From the NCBI RefSeq assembly GCF_009914755.1, contig NC_060946.1: 64,000 nt of DNA; one strand, written 5' to 3'. The translations under genes were made by a program, and so were the position numbers. Of this stretch, positions 58,559-64,000 are shown piece by piece. The notes beneath the pieces are model-generated. The model was not told the origin of the DNA. It was given only the letters and a program-made list of their open reading frames with translations, and did not search any database. The DNA is from the human T2T-CHM13v2.0 reference genome, Homo sapiens. The first letter of the stretch is position 1. The number at the start of each line of letters is the position of its first letter.

Positions 58559-59392
58559 GATTTAGTTACATGGGACTGAACTTATAAAAGAAGGAAAAGA
58601 TTTTATTCATGGCCCTTTCATTGGAAACATTGTTGATTCTCTTTATGTTTTGTTTTCCAAAGTCAAGAATTTTTTTCTTTTCAGCTATTTTTAACTTACA
58701 ATACATTAGATAAACTACATTGTGAACAAAAATTTGAGCCATTTATCTGTCTCTCTAACTGATTTCTCCAGAATTCAGAAGCCATTGGTGAGCATTCCTA
58801 AATTATGGCAATATAATTATTTGCATAATTTCAATAAGAATCTGTTTTTGGTAACAGGATTCAATTGGAGACACTGTTTGTTTTATCAAGGCTTTAACTC
58901 GAATGTCAGATAAAACCAGACCACTTTAAGGAATTGAGGTTGACTTTATAGCACCAATACAAAGCCCCTTAGAATGACTGGCTTGGTGTCTTGTCTACAA
59001 GGGTCCTTTACAAAGTTGCTGTCCTTGTGGTAAGAAGTAAAGAATGTCACTTTCTGATGGGCCCAGGAACCTCAAGATATTTGGGGACATTGAGAAGAGA
59101 GGACTACACCCATTCATAAAAGTATTACAGGAGAGCTGGCAAGATGTCTGAATAGGAACAGCTCTGCCCTGCAGCACCCAGTGAGATCAACACAGAAGGC
59201 AGGTGTTTCATGCATTTCCAACTGAGCCTCCTCTGGTGATACCCAGACAAACAGGGTCTGGAGTGGACCTCCAGCAAACTCGAGCAAACCTGCAGCAGAG
59301 GGACCTGACTGTTAGAAGGAAAACTAACAAACAGAAAGGAATAGTATCAACATCACCAACATCAAAGACCAAAGGTAGATAAATCCACAAAG

Positions 59393-60414
59393 ATGGGGAG
59401 AAACCAGTGCAAAAAGGCTGAAAACTCCAAAAGCCAGAATGCCTCTTCTCCTCCAGAAGATCACAACTCCCCACCAGCAAGGGAACAAAACTGGACAGAC
59501 AATGAGTTTGACGAATTGACAGAAGTAGGCTTCAGAAGGAGGGTAATAACAAACTCCTCTGAGATAAAGGAGCATGTTCTAACCCAATGCAAGGAAGCTA
59601 AGAGCCTGAAAAAAAAGGTTAGACGAAGTGTTAACTAGAATAACCATTTAGAGAAGAATATAAATGACCTGATGGAGCTGAAAAACCAAGCACAAGAACT
59701 TCATGAAGCATACACAAGTATCAATAGCTGAATCAATCAAGCAGGAGAAAGGATATCAGAGATTGAAGATCAACTCAATGAAATAAAGCAAGAAGACAAG
59801 ATTAGAGAAAAAAGAGTGAAAAGAAATGAACAAAGCCTCCAAGAAATAGAGGACTATGTTAAAAGACTGAATCTACATTTGATTGGTGTACCTGAAAGTG
59901 ACAGAGAGAATAGAACCAAGTTGGAAAACACTCTTAAGGATATTATCTGGGAGAACTTCCCCAACCTAGCAAGACAGGCCAACACTGAAATTCAGGAAAT
60001 ACAGAGAACACCACTAAGATACTCCTCAAGAAGAGCAACCCCAAGACAAAAAATCATCAGATTCACCAAAGTTGAAATGAAGGAAAAAATATTAAGGGCA
60101 GCCAGAGAGAAAGGTTGAGTTACCCACAAAGGGAAGCCCATCAGACTAACAGTGGATCTCTTGGCAGAAAGCCTACAAGCCAGAAGAGAGTGGGAGCCAA
60201 TATACAACATTCCGAAAGAAAAGAATTTTCAAGCCAGAATTTCATATCCAGCCAAACTAAGCTTCGTAATTGAAGGAGAAATAAAATCCTTTACAAGCAA
60301 ATGCTGAGAGATATTGTCACCACCAGGCCTGCCTTACAGGAGCTCCTGAAGGAAGCACTAAACACGGAAAGGAACAGCTGGTAACAGCCACTGCAAAAAC
60401 ATACCAAATTATAA
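59393..60414 (+). pseudogene. ORF1: L1 ORF1p, disrupted
   Basis: MGRNQCKKAENSK... and RNEQSLQEI...RAAREKG pieces, with stops and frameshifts. Confidence 0.9.
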
Positions 60415-60477
60415 AGACCATTGACACTATAAAAAAACTGCATCAACTAATGAGCAAAATAACCAGCTAGTATCATA

Positions 60478-64000
<3,523 letters not shown>

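Overview
Primate (hominoid-like) AT-rich genomic DNA made up mostly of interspersed repeats. No intact cellular protein-coding gene, tRNA or rRNA is visible; every long ORF in the track is L1-, ERV- or Alu-derived or looks like chance. Main contents: (1) a full-length, inactivated L1PA4-like LINE-1 (13531-19655) that retains the 129-bp ZNF93-target segment and a truncated antisense ORF0; (2) an older L1PA7-like LINE-1 (59130 to the window end) whose 5'UTR lacks a precise GT...AG intron, i.e. a spliced integrated retrotransposed element; (3) a three-layer nest: an L1 fragment, a HERV-K(HML-1)/LTR14A provirus inserted into it, and a HERV-K(HML-3)/MER9 provirus inside that, all cut off at about 52040; (4) an abrupt switch at about 52 kb from Alu-poor DNA (7 Alus in 52 kb) to an Alu-dense ERV1-internal-like block (10 Alus in 6.3 kb), suggesting a rearrangement or duplication junction; (5) several truncated L1s, one with a short 3' transduction and one very young; (6) ancient MIR, L2, CR1/L3, DNA-transposon and LTR relics; (7) a few small candidate minus-strand non-coding exons. 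Subfamily names come from remembered consensus sequences and need Dfam/RepeatMasker confirmation. I found no evidence of a wholly new biological system. The most interesting signals are retrotransposition mechanisms recorded in the sequence.
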